Source: Octopus sinensis (lineage: Eukaryota). Taken from it: a DNA stretch of 64,000 bases. Location of the stretch: NCBI RefSeq assembly GCF_006345805.1, contig NC_043011.1, positions 63,624,464 to 63,688,463 on the forward strand, given 5' to 3'. The translations under genes were made by a program, and so were the position numbers. The notes under the pieces were generated by a model. It searched no databases. It was not told the origin of the DNA and worked only from the letters and a program-made list of their open reading frames with translations. Positions 24,570 through 38,993 of the stretch are shown here, piece after piece. Each line of letters begins with the position of its first letter. Positions within the stretch are counted from its first letter, which is position 1.

Positions 24570-25590
24570 AGTCTTTCAAGTCAGAATTTGGGCACTATGG
24601 CCCACTCAAGTAGATAATTATTGTTTACAGAGACATATCCGGGTGTAGGGGGTTTATCCGGGATTTCTTGAAGGAATCTGTCCATAGACTTCTTGAACCC
24701 TATAGGGTCAGTTTCTGTTTTAATGTGTTTTGGTGTAATGTTAAAGAGAGCGAGGCCAATTGAGGTGAAATAATTGTGCCGTATGAGATGAGAGTGCGAT
24801 TTTTGTTTTGGGCGGATGGCACGGGGCCCAAGCCTTGAATGTACCTTAAAGGTGATGGCAACATCATTTGGGCAATGCAGATGGAATATTTTCCACATCA
24901 TGCAGATGATGTAGCGCTCACGACGACGTTGGAGAGAATCAAGTTTTAGCTTTTCTAGTCGACCCCAATAGTCGAGGCCTGTCATGCCATCTATCTTTTT
25001 TGTGATTGCCCTTTGAGGTGCTTCAACTTTTATGATACCTTGTATTGTGTGGGGAGACCACAGTGGACAACAGTATTCAAGGTGGGGTCGGGCAAAAGTG
25101 GAGAAGAGAAGGATAATGGTGTGGATATCTCTCGACTGGAAAGTTCTGAGAATCCAGGAACACATTCTGCGGGCCATGTCCAGTTTGGTGTTTATATGAG
25201 TGGCCCAGCTTATGTTGTTGTCCATAATTACTTCCAAGTCTCTGATGTTGTTGGACGCCGCGAGAGTTTCACCTGAAGGAAGGGAGTATGGGAGTTTCAG
25301 GGCATCCTCTTTTCCAAAGTGGATTAACTCAAATTTATCCTCGTTCAGCAGCATATTGTTTTTTTCTGCCCATTGGATAACAGCCAGTAGATCTGACTGA
25401 TTTATGACCACTCGCCTCATTTATGACCTTCTGTAGCTTGGAATCATCTTCAAAGATTTTTATGTTGCTGTGCTTGATGATGTCATTAATGTCATTAATG
25501 TAAATGATGAAAAGAAGTGGGCACAATGCCTTGCGGAACGCAACTACTGACTTTGGCTGGGCTTGATTTTACCCCTTCAACTACAAGTTA
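24570..25590 (-). mobile_element. CR1-like LINE, 3' part of reverse transcriptase
   Basis: PLLFIIYINDI..IKIFEDDSKL, WAEKNNMLLNEDKFELIHFG, RPHLEYCCPLWSPH and LDSLQRRRERY. One frameshift; 5' truncated. Confidence 0.9.
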
Positions 25591-25976
25591 TAAAGTTAAT
25601 CCAAACTATAAAGTTAATCCAAACATGAGAGCACAAAAAACAGAACAACGTGAGGACGTGGAACAAATATAGTATTACTGGACGCTCAGGAAGGAAGGAA
25701 AGAAGGAGGGTTTAACGTTTCGAGCGCAGCTCTTCCTCGGAAACATAAGAGAAGGAAAGATCCAGAGAAGGGAAGACAGAGGGGAAACAATCGCCAACGG
25801 TACACACGCGGTCGACGAGTTTATTTCAGTTTCCGTCTACGAAATCCACTCACAAGGCTTTGGTCGGCCCAAGGTTATAGTAGAAAAGACTTACCCAAGT
25901 ATCTACGAAGTGGGACTGAACTCAGAACAATGTGGTTGAGAAGCAAGCTTCTAACCACACAACTACTTATACATCC

Positions 25977-26043
<67 letters not shown>

Positions 26044-26329
26044 AACATACTTACACATACGCACATACACATATATATGCACACAGACATATACATACAA
26101 ACACACACACATATATATGTATACATAATTTTTCCTCAAATAATTTGTATCCTTACCAGTAGGCATTCCATTCCATCACGCAAAGGTCAATATGAAAAGT
26201 ATTAGTAACATTAGGAGTGATGTCGTACCACAGGTCGAGGCTCCGGCTACGACTTTCGGTGGAGGTTTTTTATCTACAATGCACACACACACATAGATAT
26301 ATATAAATCTATATAAATAAGGATAAATA

Positions 26330-26600
26330 ACGATCTTACCAAGTGGCCAGCATGGGAATAAAGACCTTTAAAGGTAATAATTATTATTAAAATTATAAAA
26401 TTATAATTATAATCAGAGATACCACCACGCTGGAAATAACAGCCAAAACTTGACTATAAAATCACATTAAATGTTCATACAGCACCAAGAGACAAAAAGG
26501 CAAAAGGACAAAAAGTAGCAGAAAATTACTGCATAATTCAAGATCCCGGATTTCTGACTTTGCATTTAGAAATGCTTTGCCTTATCAGTGGAATATACGC
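26330..26600 (-). mobile_element. Penelope-related pLTR fragment with decayed hammerhead (26536-26594)
   Basis: Shares aagtggccagcatggg and gaaataacagccaa with the 54.7-55.5 kb element. Minus strand attcca-CTGATAA-ggc..gtc-a-GAAA-tccggga-TC-ttgaat. Confidence 0.55.
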
Positions 26601-26626
26601 AGATAGTAGCATAAATACGCACACAC

Positions 26627-26657
<31 letters not shown>

Positions 26658-26659
26658 GC

Positions 26660-26777
<118 letters not shown>

Positions 26778-27025
26778 CACATATAACAAACGAATACTGA
26801 CATATACTAACGTATACATACATATATATGCACGTATGCAGCATGACCAGTTTAAATTGCTCACCTATGACTCCTCGTGCGATATGTTTAAAACATCACC
26901 GCAGTAAATACAATGACGAGATATGAAAAATTATATAAATAAGGATAAGATCGCTATATTAAATATGTGTGTATATATATACACACACATATATATATAT
27001 ATATATGCGTGTGTGTGTGTGTATG

Positions 27026-27070
<45 letters not shown>

Positions 27071-27078
<8 letters not shown>

Positions 27079-30000
27079 ATATTTCGGAATGGTCATATTG
27101 CCAGTTTAGCCAATAAAAACACACGCACTATATATTTGGTGTTATTTTGCTTCAGTGATATTTATTTTTTACATTAATCTTAATCTTATTTCGGCCAAAG
27201 TTCTTTCGTCACACTCCTGTGACCGCATCAGTGGTCCTTTGTTTTCTTCTCACTTACTTGTGTCTCTCCTTACTATCCGTCAGCCATTTTGTATTTCTAT
27301 TGTATGTCTTCATTTGCGCATGCTTATATCTCTATGTGCGTCTATGTTTATTTAGTGTGTGTGTGGGGGGGATGCCTGTAATATTTTGTATCTTCTGGTT
27401 ATATACATTCTTGTAATTTGTATTTTGTTTTTGTTGTTGTTGCTTTTGTTCTAATTTTGTTCATGTGTTTACATCCACCCATTATTATCATTACATATGC
27501 TTGTATGTATGTATAACAACAATATTAGTAATAATAATAATAAATCTAATCGAAAAAAAAATAAATAAATAAATAAATAAAAAGAATATACATATATATA
27601 TACATACATATACACATATATATATATACATATATACACACATATATACACATATACATATACACATATATACACATATACATATATATAGATATTCATT
27701 TTTATTTCTTTCATTACCTGTGTATTTATTATGTTTGCAGGATCCACCATTGTCATATGTTGTGGTGTGCGCTATTGCTCCATTCTAGTTTTCTATTCAG
27801 GCTAGGTTATTTTCTATTATATGTGTAGCTTCTGTAATTTGTCTAATTGTTGCATCTGTTCTATGTGTGGACAATATCTTAATCTCTATGTTATTGATTG
27901 ATCCCCCGTGTTCTTGTTCGGCGTGTTGGTACAGAATCGATGCGCTTTTACCTTCCTTGAGTTGTCTCCAATGTTCATTCACCCGCTCACCAATGCTTCT
28001 TGCAGTTTCCCCTACGTATGTTACTGTCTTGTTACTGCATCGTCCCTCTATACATCTTATACTATAGACCACATTTCTGGCTTTACAGTTCGTTTGTGGG
28101 CTAAATCTACATACAGTGCAATAGTTATCCGTACAGAGAGTTCTACTAAAAGGATAGCTTCTACCAATTATAGATCTGATAGGGTTGCCTGGCTTTTCAA
28201 CAACCATAATTCTTAGTTTAAGTTTATCTAGGGTCCTTCTAAAGCGGTACGCTAGTTCACCTCCAGGGGTGGTGTCAACGAACATGACACTCTGGTATTT
28301 ATGGCTATCATACCAAGAGTTGGCCTTCCCTATTTTCTTTTTTTTTTTTTTTTTTTTTGTCCTTTCTATAGTGTTCCATGACTTGTTCCTATAGAGTGGG
28401 CAAATCCCATTCCTATCATTACATAATATATTATCAAATTTCTTCATGGCTCCTTTGTATACTCTGATCCTTTCTTTATGGCTGTAACCTGAGAACTGCA
28501 TGCGGTGAATGAAATACTGTATGTGTCTCTTTAATTCTGTAGGCTCGCACATGCGTGACACATTTCTCATTATTCTGACGAGGTCTGCCATCAAAATATT
28601 GAATTTGGCATTGTCCGCAATGGCTGAGTTCCGGTGGATCAGGTATTTTGAGGCCATAGGTTTTGCATAGTATGAATGAAGGATTTGGGTTTTATTTTTC
28701 ACAATTTCTAGCCAGAGTTCAGTGTCTAGTACTGGTAGTCTATGGTTGGGGTGTTTAGTGGGGTAGTCTAGTGTGACCTTAATACTCTGGTGGATGGAGT
28801 TAGCTATTTGCTGGATGCTCTCCATAGTATTAGTTTCTATTACTATATCAACAGTACTCTCTTGTGGGGGTGCCTTTACTACTATATTGATATCATCAAC
28901 ATAGCGAGAGTACATGTTTACGAGTATGGATTTCTGCAGTAGGCATTCTTTAAGCCTTCTGTCCCACCATACCATGAAGAGGTTGGCCACATCACCAGCG
29001 ATACTAACACCGATGGCTGCCCCCTCGTCCTGGGCATATATTTTATTATTAAATTTAAATGTGTGGCCTTTTAGGGTAACTCTTATACTAGCTCCTAGTG
29101 CATGTGCGATCATTTTCTTTACCTGATGGACATTTGCGGGGCTCCGTATGGCTCTGGTCCATCCGCGCCATCTTTCTATATGTGTCTTCCTAGCCATAGA
29201 AGTAATTGTAGGCGGTCTACCTCTTAAACATCTACTGGGGCAGAAACTACTAAGATTATGTTTATCTAAGTATTCACTATTATATGTCAGTCTAAGTAGG
29301 AGGCCCAGTTCTTCTGTGTCGACATTACAGAACTCCACCTGGCTCTCGTTGATCATCTCCACGCACTTCTCCACTGCAAAATCTACGTCAATCGATGGGT
29401 ATAGGGATACCACATCCATGCTACCTACTATACATCCTGTCAAGTCACAAGTTTTGTTACAGTCACTGATCCTGCTTAGGAGATCTTCTGTGCTGTCACA
29501 CACATCAGGTGACATCCTGATTATAGGGCGTATGATCATTGAGAGGAAGTAGGAGATTCTGTAATTGCTAGCGATATTCGCTCCACAGACTGGTCTTGTT
29601 GGTGGTCCTGCTATAGGGTCAGTAAAACCTTTATGGTCCTTGCGAAGTCCATACAGTGCCGGGATATCATTGTTCCAGGCTTGGAAATTCTTTGCAGTAC
29701 GTTTCTGAGGTCCCAGAACAATTGTCCACATCATCATGTGGGCATTGAGGACCTTTTCTCTCTCCTCATGCGCCTGTACAGTTGTTACTTTTGTATTGGC
29801 GATATGAGGTTGCATTGCCTGGATGTAGTTCGGTAAGCTGTCTATTGACATCCTGCCGGACTTATCCGTGGGAAGGCATATCACCTCTCCGTTCCTCGTG
29901 CGCTGAATGAGCTTCTGTAGGCCACATGCAGGTTTAATCCCTAGTTGTTGGGCATCTGTCTTATTCTGTCTCTGTCTCTTAATGTATAATCCTAAAATCT

Positions 30001-32809
30001 GTCTAAGTTTGGTCCTAGCTATAGTGAACTGTGCTTCCATGTGGTCATTAGTATGTCTTGGGATGTATACTCTTTTGTTGAAGGGTAATGTTGTTGGATA
30101 AATTCGGTTCATGCAGTAAGTTTTGTCGCATACGTTGAAGAATTGAGTGTCAAAGGGATGGGTATACATGTCAATGGTCTCTCTAGGGTTATCTTCATTA
30201 TCGTTACTGTTTCCAACATCAGCCTTCCTATTATTATTATCACCATTACCACCACTACTACTACTAGTATTCCTATTACCACCACAATTATCACTACTAT
30301 CCTCATTACTACTTCTACTGTTACCATCACCACTACTACTACCACTATTATTGTTATTACCTTTATTCCTACCATTGCCATTATTACTATCATCGCTAGT
30401 GATATTCTCATTGTTCCTGTTTCTGGTATATGTGTTGTTTATATTAGTGTTGGGTTTTATGTCTGTCTGTTGGTCCTTGTCAATCCCCCTGTTGCGGTCG
30501 TTATTTTTGTTCCTATGAGTATTGTTATCTGTTTCAAGTCCGCTGACTCCCTGTCCAAGGATCCTGTTGCATTCAACTTTATTCTCCATCGTGACCCCTA
30601 TGACACAACTTTTATTCGTGTCTTTGTGACTATGGCTGTCTGTGTGTGTGTTTGTGTGTCGGTTCTCCCTATAATCGTTGTTGTTGTTGCTGTTGTATAC
30701 GATTTTTCTCTCTCTGTTTGTGTTTTTGTTTTTGTATCTATTGTTTGTGTCTATGCATACATTTTTTCTATTGTTATTGTTGTTGTCGCTGTTAGGGTTC
30801 GTGTTGTTGATGTTGTTGCCGCTGTTAGGGTTCGTGTTGCTTTTGTTGCTACGGTTGTTATTGCTGCGGTCATTATTGTTTGTGTTGTTGTTGTTGCGGT
30901 TAGTGTTTTTCGCGTTGTTGTTGTTGTCGCAAGTGTTGTTGTCATAGTATCTATTTAAATTCCAACGTATTTTTGTGAACGACTTTTCAATCTCGGACAG
31001 GCATTTGATGGTATTCACTTTACTATACACTGCATACTTTGGTGGTAGTTGAAGTATCGATATTTCATCTGGGTCCGTTGTTACTCCCCCATAGATGTTC
31101 GCTTCATTGTCCTTATTGAACTCTTCTGGTAGTACCCCACTAAACACCCCAACCATAGACTACCAGTACTAGACACTGAACTCTGGCTAGAAATTGTGAA
31201 AAATAAAACCCAAATCCTTCATTCATACTATGCAAAACCTATGGCCTCAAAATACCTGATCCACCGGAACTCAGCCATTGCGGACAATGCCAAATTCAAT
31301 ATTTTGATGGCAGACCTCGTCAGAATAATGAGAAATGTGTCACGCATGTGCGAGCCTACAGAATTAAAGAGACACATACAGTATTTCATTCACCGCATGC
31401 AGTTCTCAGGTTACAGCCATAAAGAAAGGATCAGAGTATACAAAGGAGCCATGAAGAAATTTGATAATATATTATGTAATGATAGGAATGGGATTTGCCC
31501 ACTCTATAGGAACAAGTCATGGAACACTATAGAAAGGACAAAAAAGAAAATAGGGAAGGCCAACTCTTGGTATGATAGCCATAAATACCAGAGTGTCATG
31601 TTCGTTGACACCACCCCTGGAGGTGAACTAGCGTACCGCTTTAGAAGGACCCTAGATAAACTTAAACTAAGAATTATGGTTGTTGAAAAGCCAGGCAACC
31701 CTATCAGATCTATAATTGGTAGAAGCTATCCTTTTAGTAGAACTCTCTGTACGGATAACTATTGCACTGTATGTAGATTTAGCCCACAAACGAACTGTAA
31801 AGCCAGAAATGTGGTCTATAGTATAAGATGTATAGAGGGACGATGCAGTAACAAGACAGTAACATACGTAGGGGAAACTGCAAGAAGCATTGGTGAGCGG
31901 GTGAATGAACATTGGAGACAACTCAAGGAAGGTAAAAGCGCATCGATTCTGTACCAACACGCCGAACAAGAACACGGGGATCAATCAATAACATAGAGAT
32001 TAAGATATTGTCCACACATAGAACAGATGCAACAATTAGACAAATTACAGAAGCTACACATATAATAGAAAATAAACCTAGCCTGAATAGAAAACTAGAA
32101 TGGAGCAATAGCGCACACCACAACATATGACAATGGTGGATCCTGCAAACATAATAAATACACAGGTAATGAAAGAAATAAAAATGAATATCTATATATA
32201 TGTATATGTGTATATATGTGTATATGTATATGTGTATATATGTGTGTATATATGTATATATATATATGTGTATATGTATGTATATATATATGTATATTCT
32301 TTTTATTTATTTATTTATTTATTTTTTTTTCGATTAGATTTATTATTATTATTACTAATATTGTTGTTATACATACATACAAGCATATGTAATGATAATA
32401 ATGGGTGGATGTAAACACATGAACAAAATTAGAACAAAAGCAACAACAACAAAAACAAAATACAAATTACAAGAATGTATATAACCAGAAGATACAAATA
32501 TTACAGGCATCCCCCCACACACACACTAAATAAACATAGACGCACATAGAGATATAAGCATGCGCAAATGAAGACATACAATAGAAATACAAAATGGCTG
32601 ACGGATAGTAAGGAGAGACACAAGTAAGTGAGAAGAAAACAAAGGACCACTGATGCGGTCACAGGAGTGTGACGAAAGAACTTTGGCCGAAATAAGATTA
32701 AGATTAATGTAAAAATAAATATCACTGAAGCAAAATAACACCAAATATATAGTGCGTGTGTTTTTATTGGCTAAACTGGCAATATGACCATTCCGAAATA
32801 TAACAATAT
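27071..32809 (-). mobile_element. Young Penelope-like retroelement with a 1.7-kb inverted duplication of its 3' end
   Basis: Arms 27071-28765 and 31133-32809 are near-identical reverse complements, differing mainly in homopolymer or microsatellite lengths. The left end abuts (AT)n. Confidence 0.95.
27797..31132 (-). CDS. Penelope-like RT + C-terminal GIY-YIG endonuclease polyprotein, 5' truncated but otherwise open (~1110 aa)
   Basis: RT motifs LYGLRKDHK, GSMDVVSLYPSI, GAAIGVSIAGDVANLFM and YSRYVDDI. EN motifs CTDNYCTVC..NVVYSIRC..YVGETARSIGERVNEH. The first codons of the ORF-track call come from the inverted arm. Confidence 0.92.
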   Translation of the reverse strand, partial: LPEEFNKDNEANIYGGVTTDPDEISILQLPPKYAVYSKVNTIKCLSEIEKSFTKIRWNLNRYYDNNTCDNNNNAKNTNRNNNNTNNNDRSNNNRSNKSNTNPNSGNNINNTNPNSDNNNNNRKNVCIDTNNRYKNKNTNRERKIVYNSNNNNDYRENRHTNTHTDSHSHKDTNKSCVIGVTMENKVECNRILGQGVSGLETDNNTHRNKNNDRNRGIDKDQQTDIKPNTNINNTYTRNRNNENITSDDSNNGNGRNKGNNNNSGSSSGDGNSRSSNEDSSDNCGGNRNTSSSSGGNGDNNNRKADVGNSNDNEDNPRETIDMYTHPFDTQFFNVCDKTYCMNRIYPTTLPFNKRVYIPRHTNDHMEAQFTIARTKLRQILGLYIKRQRQNKTDAQQLGIKPACGLQKLIQRTRNGEVICLPTDKSGRMSIDSLPNYIQAMQPHIANTKVTTVQAHEEREKVLNAHMMMWTIVLGPQKRTAKNFQAWNNDIPALYGLRKDHKGFTDPIAGPPTRPVCGANIASNYRISYFLSMIIRPIIRMSPDVCDSTEDLLSRISDCNKTCDLTGCIVGSMDVVSLYPSIDVDFAVEKCVEMINESQVEFCNVDTEELGLLLRLTYNSEYLDKHNLSSFCPSRCLRGRPPTITSMARKTHIERWRGWTRAIRSPANVHQVKKMIAHALGASIRVTLKGHTFKFNNKIYAQDEGAAIGVSIAGDVANLFMVWWDRRLKECLLQKSILVNMYSRYVDDINIVVKAPPQESTVDIVIETNTMESIQQIANSIHQSIKVTLDYPTKHPNHRLPVLDTELWLEIVKNKTQILHSYYAKPMASKYLIHRNSAIADNAKFNILMADLVRIMRNVSRMCEPTELKRHIQYFIHRMQFSGYSHKERIRVYKGAMKKFDNILCNDRNGICPLYRNKSWNTIERTKKKKKKKKIGKANSWYDSHKYQSVMFVDTTPGGELAYRFRRTLDKLKLRIMVVEKPGNPIRSIIGRSYPFSRTLCTDNYCTVCRFSPQTNCKARNVVYSIRCIEGRCSNKTVTYVGETARSIGERVNEHWRQLKEGKSASILYQHAEQEHGGSINNIEIKILSTHRTDATIRQITEATHIIENNLA

Positions 32810-32862
32810 CTGTTTCAACACACGACTTCACATAAAAAATCTTGCACAACAAATATTTAAAC

Positions 32863-32902
<40 letters not shown>

Positions 32903-33189
32903 GCGTCAGGTTTTTAATTTGCTTGGAATAGTTATGGCCAAAATAAAGTTTTACCTTGAAATGTAATATATTTTGTGATCAAAGCCATTTTGATAATCTG
33001 TGAATAATATATGCTTTAACGATTGCATAATGCCGTTTACACTAGTAAACTATGTGCTGCTAAATATACCTTCTGTCTTTAATTGAACTAGAAGAAAGTC
33101 GGCAGTTTATAAATTTTGTTATCTTCTCAGGGACATATTACATATCACAAAATTTGAACGCGAAATGTTTCGACTATATTATATTAATT

Positions 33190-33320
33190 CAGGGCGTGCA
33201 AAAAGTCTCTCTGCAGTGTTTTTTGTTTTTTCTCCAAGATGTATTTCAAAACATGTGTAGAAGAATCAACTTATGTATTGAAAAGGAAGGACGACACTTT
33301 CCACGCGTCTTGCAAACACT
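33190..33320 (+). mobile_element. Tc1/mariner-superfamily remnant (possible TIR joined to transposase C-terminus)
   Basis: cagggcgtgcaaaaagtctc followed by DVFQNMCRRINLCIEKEGRHFPRVL, typical of Tc1-like C-termini. Confidence 0.5.
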
Positions 33321-33537
33321 TCTTACCTTCAGAAGACATTTTTGATGGGTGTTTAAAATAAATCAGATTTATATGTAACATTTCTGACTTCCATTCGTAA
33401 ACATCGTATTTCATTTTTGACAAATAATTGAATAGAAACTACAGTGATACTAACGCAAAATGTAAAATAAAATAAACAGGCATAATTATATTTTAAAACA
33501 GCTTTTGTCTTATGCACCACGTTTCACAATAACTTAC

Positions 33538-33626
33538 CTTTGCATTTTACCGTTTGCATATTGTGAAAGTAATCGTTACAATTCGGGTATATGGCATCAA
33601 AACACTTCAGATACATCTTCAAACGG
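33538..33626 (-). other. Orphan Cys-containing exon
   Basis: Strong acceptor tttcatttgttttattccctgtag and donor AAG|gtaagt, 89 nt. The only open frame is RLKMYLKCFDAIYPNCNDYFHNMQTVKCK. Confidence 0.45.
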
Positions 33627-34003
33627 CTACAGGGAATAAAACAAATGAAAGAAATGAAATTCTATGATTGCGATTCCTTGTGCTTGATTATGTGACTTCA
33701 CATTGACGTGTATACAGAACAACACACCTTTAAAGTTTTTATCGGTTATTCATTACATTTCTGCAGTCATGAAATCTCTGTGATGTCCCGATTAAAATAT
33801 CCTAGCGTTTGTCAAAGTCTGCTAAATATTCGAACGGGAACATTTTACTGAAACACTTCCTCGTAAAAAGGTCTGGAAATCCTTACACGTTATCAAAATT
33901 ATGACAAACTAAAATAAGAGGGGCATATACACAAACACACTCACTACACACATACACGCAGAGGCATGTGTACACATGCACTCACACAGAGGCGTACACA
34001 CGT

Positions 34004-34039
<36 letters not shown>

Positions 34040-34807
34040 TACATGTAATCTTAAATTCTTTTAGGTTATAAAGTGGTGTATTTCCAGCGAAGCAATTAGC
34101 CCGAATTCTGGGCTATCAATTCTGTCGGATCCAAGAAAACATGCCAACATTTTTCAAGTCTATAAAATCATGGTTTCACGACAATCACACTGTTATATGT
34201 GTTTCGCGAAGAGTAAATTATAACCCAAGTAGTGACAAGAAAAATAATTATTTATCATATATTTAATGATCCGTAACAATTGTTTCTGTAGCAACTCTGT
34301 TTGCCACGCCATTTTATGCCAAACATTCGAAGAGAACATTTATGCAATACATTTCCTGTTTTAGAGTAACACTTCATCAGACTTACATCAACATGAGGCT
34401 ATCATTTTGTGCCTCTTCCAGACATTATGTTTTAGCTCATATCGGGAGCCCTTCTTATTGAACGCCCCTCGTATGTATCACTTGCTAAATATCAATCTTC
34501 AATCTATACATCTTATTTATTTACTCATGGTTTCTAAACCTGGTTTCTCTATATCTTCTCTGTTTTCTCTTTCTAGCGTTTTGCTTTTTATATATTCAAT
34601 TCACCTAAGCTTTATTAACTCAAATCTAACACAGTTTATAATGTTCTTGAAGATATCACATTAAGGCTCTAATTTTTTTAGTTTCCGCTGTAAACGTTTC
34701 GGAAACAGACACACACACACACACACACACAAACACCAGTTAGATTTTACTCTCTTGCATGGCAGAGTAGTTCAGCTAGCGAACTGCCATCCTACTACCT
34801 ACCTCGT

Positions 34808-35090
34808 GGAGGGACATGGTGAAGAGCTTAGAGCAGTGGACATGCACTCGAGCTATCGCAAGTTCAACTCTCAGAGAGGGCGATGTGTGTGTTTGTGAGC
34901 GAAACACCCAAGCTCCACCCCAGCTCCACGCGGACTTCTGCTGAATCTTTCGCCACAACTTTTTCTCACTCTTTCCTCCTGCAACTAGCAGCTCACCTGT
35001 GAAGGATCGGCTTCCCTTCCAGGTGAGGAATATATACGTTAATGAAGCGGAAACCGGCCCTTATGAGCCAGGCATAGCGCGAGAAGGAAC
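34808..35090 (+). mobile_element. tRNA-derived SINE (third family), decayed
   Basis: tggagggacatggtgaagagcttagagcagtggac..gttcaactctcag..gagcgaaacacccaagctccac; tRNA-like head. Confidence 0.55.
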
Positions 35091-35314
35091 AAACAAATCA
35101 CTAGCTACCACACTCCTCACCCGCCAAACACAAAACGAGCAATTGAGAGAGTTATCAACTTAATCGTTTCTCTCCCTTTTGACTGCTTAAAATGTCATCC
35201 GGTGATCAAATACATGTTCACACATCGAAACATATTTGATACCAGTGGCAATACTATATTGACTGACCACTATGTAACTCCTTAGTCCAGATAAGGAGAC
35301 TTTCTGCTTATTTA

Positions 35315-36710
<1,396 letters not shown>

Positions 36711-37060
36711 ATGTATATAGTTATTTATGCATATAAGAATATAAGGGGGTGGGCAGTGTTCTGAAACCAGAAAGCATAGATTAATTTACATAATCTTTAC
36801 ATAGTACCGGATGTAGCAATAATACTCTGAAGAAGCACTAAAAATAAGTTTTTATATAAATATACAAATATAGATATATACCTGCAGTACTTCGAATCTG
36901 GTTTCTTTATAGGATATTTCTCCAGAGCAAGAGGACATAATTTCTCTGCTGACTCAGTGCAAAATTCCGATGTCACAAATCCTACAAATTAAAATATTAA
37001 TTAATACAGATAAAAATATCGTAGATATATTCAATTTTACAGATCCAGTATTCAGTAATC

Positions 37061-37151
<91 letters not shown>

Positions 37152-37181
37152 GTAAGTATTTTTATATATAGATATATATAA

Positions 37182-37215
<34 letters not shown>

Positions 37216-38009
37216 GTGTGTGTGTGTGTGTGTGTGTGTGTACATATACGTTTATATATATCCATATATATATACATATTTGGTAAAGTGTATTTTTAAT
37301 GGTGTTGCTTTAAATATTTGAATTTTACAATTATTAAAATAATTATTTTTATACTACATAACTCTTGTGTCTTGTAAAAAGATGTGCACTTGGAAATATT
37401 TACCACTAGTCTAATGCTATTTAGTATACCCACAAATCATGACATTTTCTAGTCCATTTCATCGAACTCAGCGTTTTAATAATACTTATTTTAACGAAAT
37501 ACAACCTCGGAGGTATTCTAAGAAGCTAAAAACCGACGAGATTGCACTAAACATCCGGCCCGGCATGCTAACGATACTTCCAGCTTACAGTCTTATTCAT
37601 GTGTATAATAATGACTTTTAGCACTGTTCATGTTTTCTTGTTAAATCTTTACTGAAATATTTCGTGTTCTCTGTTAGATACTTGATAGGCAAAATGTCTC
37701 TCAACTAGTTACCATATTTTGGCAAAATTATATCGGAGGCAACTAATGGTTTATATTATTCAGTTATTTTATTTTCATACGCTAACTTGGGTGTGTCTTA
37801 TGATAAAGTACATTCTACTTTCAAGCTCGTAATCGTATCAAAATCCACAACTACATCCCCTGTTTATTTAACATTTTGATTGATAATATTTAACGTTGTA
37901 CGTTGATAAACTGTGATAGCCGACATCTTGAAACATTATTTGAAACCTGGCTGTAATTACATAGCAGGAAAAACTTTCTCACAATATATTGATTTCGTTC
38001 AGCAACACT

Positions 38010-38091
38010 ATATCGAAATATCTGACCTGCGATTCAATATCGAAATATCTGACCTGCGATTCAATATCGAAATATATATGACCTGCGATTC
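38010..38091. repeat. 27-bp tandem repeat, three copies
   Basis: Unit atatcgaaatatctgacctgcgattca; the third copy has 2 extra nt. Confidence 0.9.
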
Positions 38092-38664
38092 TGAGAAATG
38101 TCTGATGCCAAAAATGTCCGGTTACACATTAAAAGAGAAACAATTACAAATTAATACAAAAGACAAATATACAACTACACGTATATGGAAGCTCATAGGG
38201 ATACGGTATTTTAGCTACGTTTCTCACTACAAAACATATATCAATAAAGGTCAACGATGGCCTTTCAAAAGTGAACAGCTATATTCCAACAAACAATAAT
38301 AGCACAAGTGAAATACACTATAACCATTATATATTAATAACACCAAGGATCTGTAGACCCGCTGTTTTTGTCCTGTTATTGCTATTATTGTTTTTGTTGT
38401 ATTTATATTCGTGTGGCATCGTTCGTTTTTCTGTCCTTCTTTCGTATACATTCGATCCTTTTTCCAAGAAATCTAATGCTTGTAGCTTAGATTTTCCTTG
38501 GGGCTGGCCGGATCGGAGCGATCTCAAGATTAATCAGCCGAAATTGCGAGGATGATCCGGTTCTAGACTGAAGATTAGAGGCTTCGAATGACCCGTCCGA
38601 TTTTTGTGTCGTCTCTTTGAGTGATTTGCGTTCTTGTTCCATTTTGTATTTTTATATATAGTTC

Positions 38665-38759
<95 letters not shown>

Positions 38760-38993
38760 GAGTGTATTTTTAACTTTAGTGCATATAAGTAGTCTCTATC
38801 ATTATATATAATTTAAACTTTACTTTCCTTTATATTTAACATTCACTATTAATATCCCTACTCTTTCTGTTAGCTACTTATGACGTTATATCATATAACG
38901 TTTTTTTAAACAATATTAATAGCGTTCTGTTTATCGCTATACGAATCCATAATTTTTTGCTAAAATGTCGTATTGACGAGTTTGGTTTTTTTC

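Noticed and set aside
30109-30958. Hydrophobic plus-strand ORFs (271 aa and others)
   Set aside because: Antisense readings of the Asn-rich Penelope tract.
34808-34880. Functional tRNA gene
   Set aside because: tRNA-like head continues into SINE body and does not fold into a complete cloverleaf.
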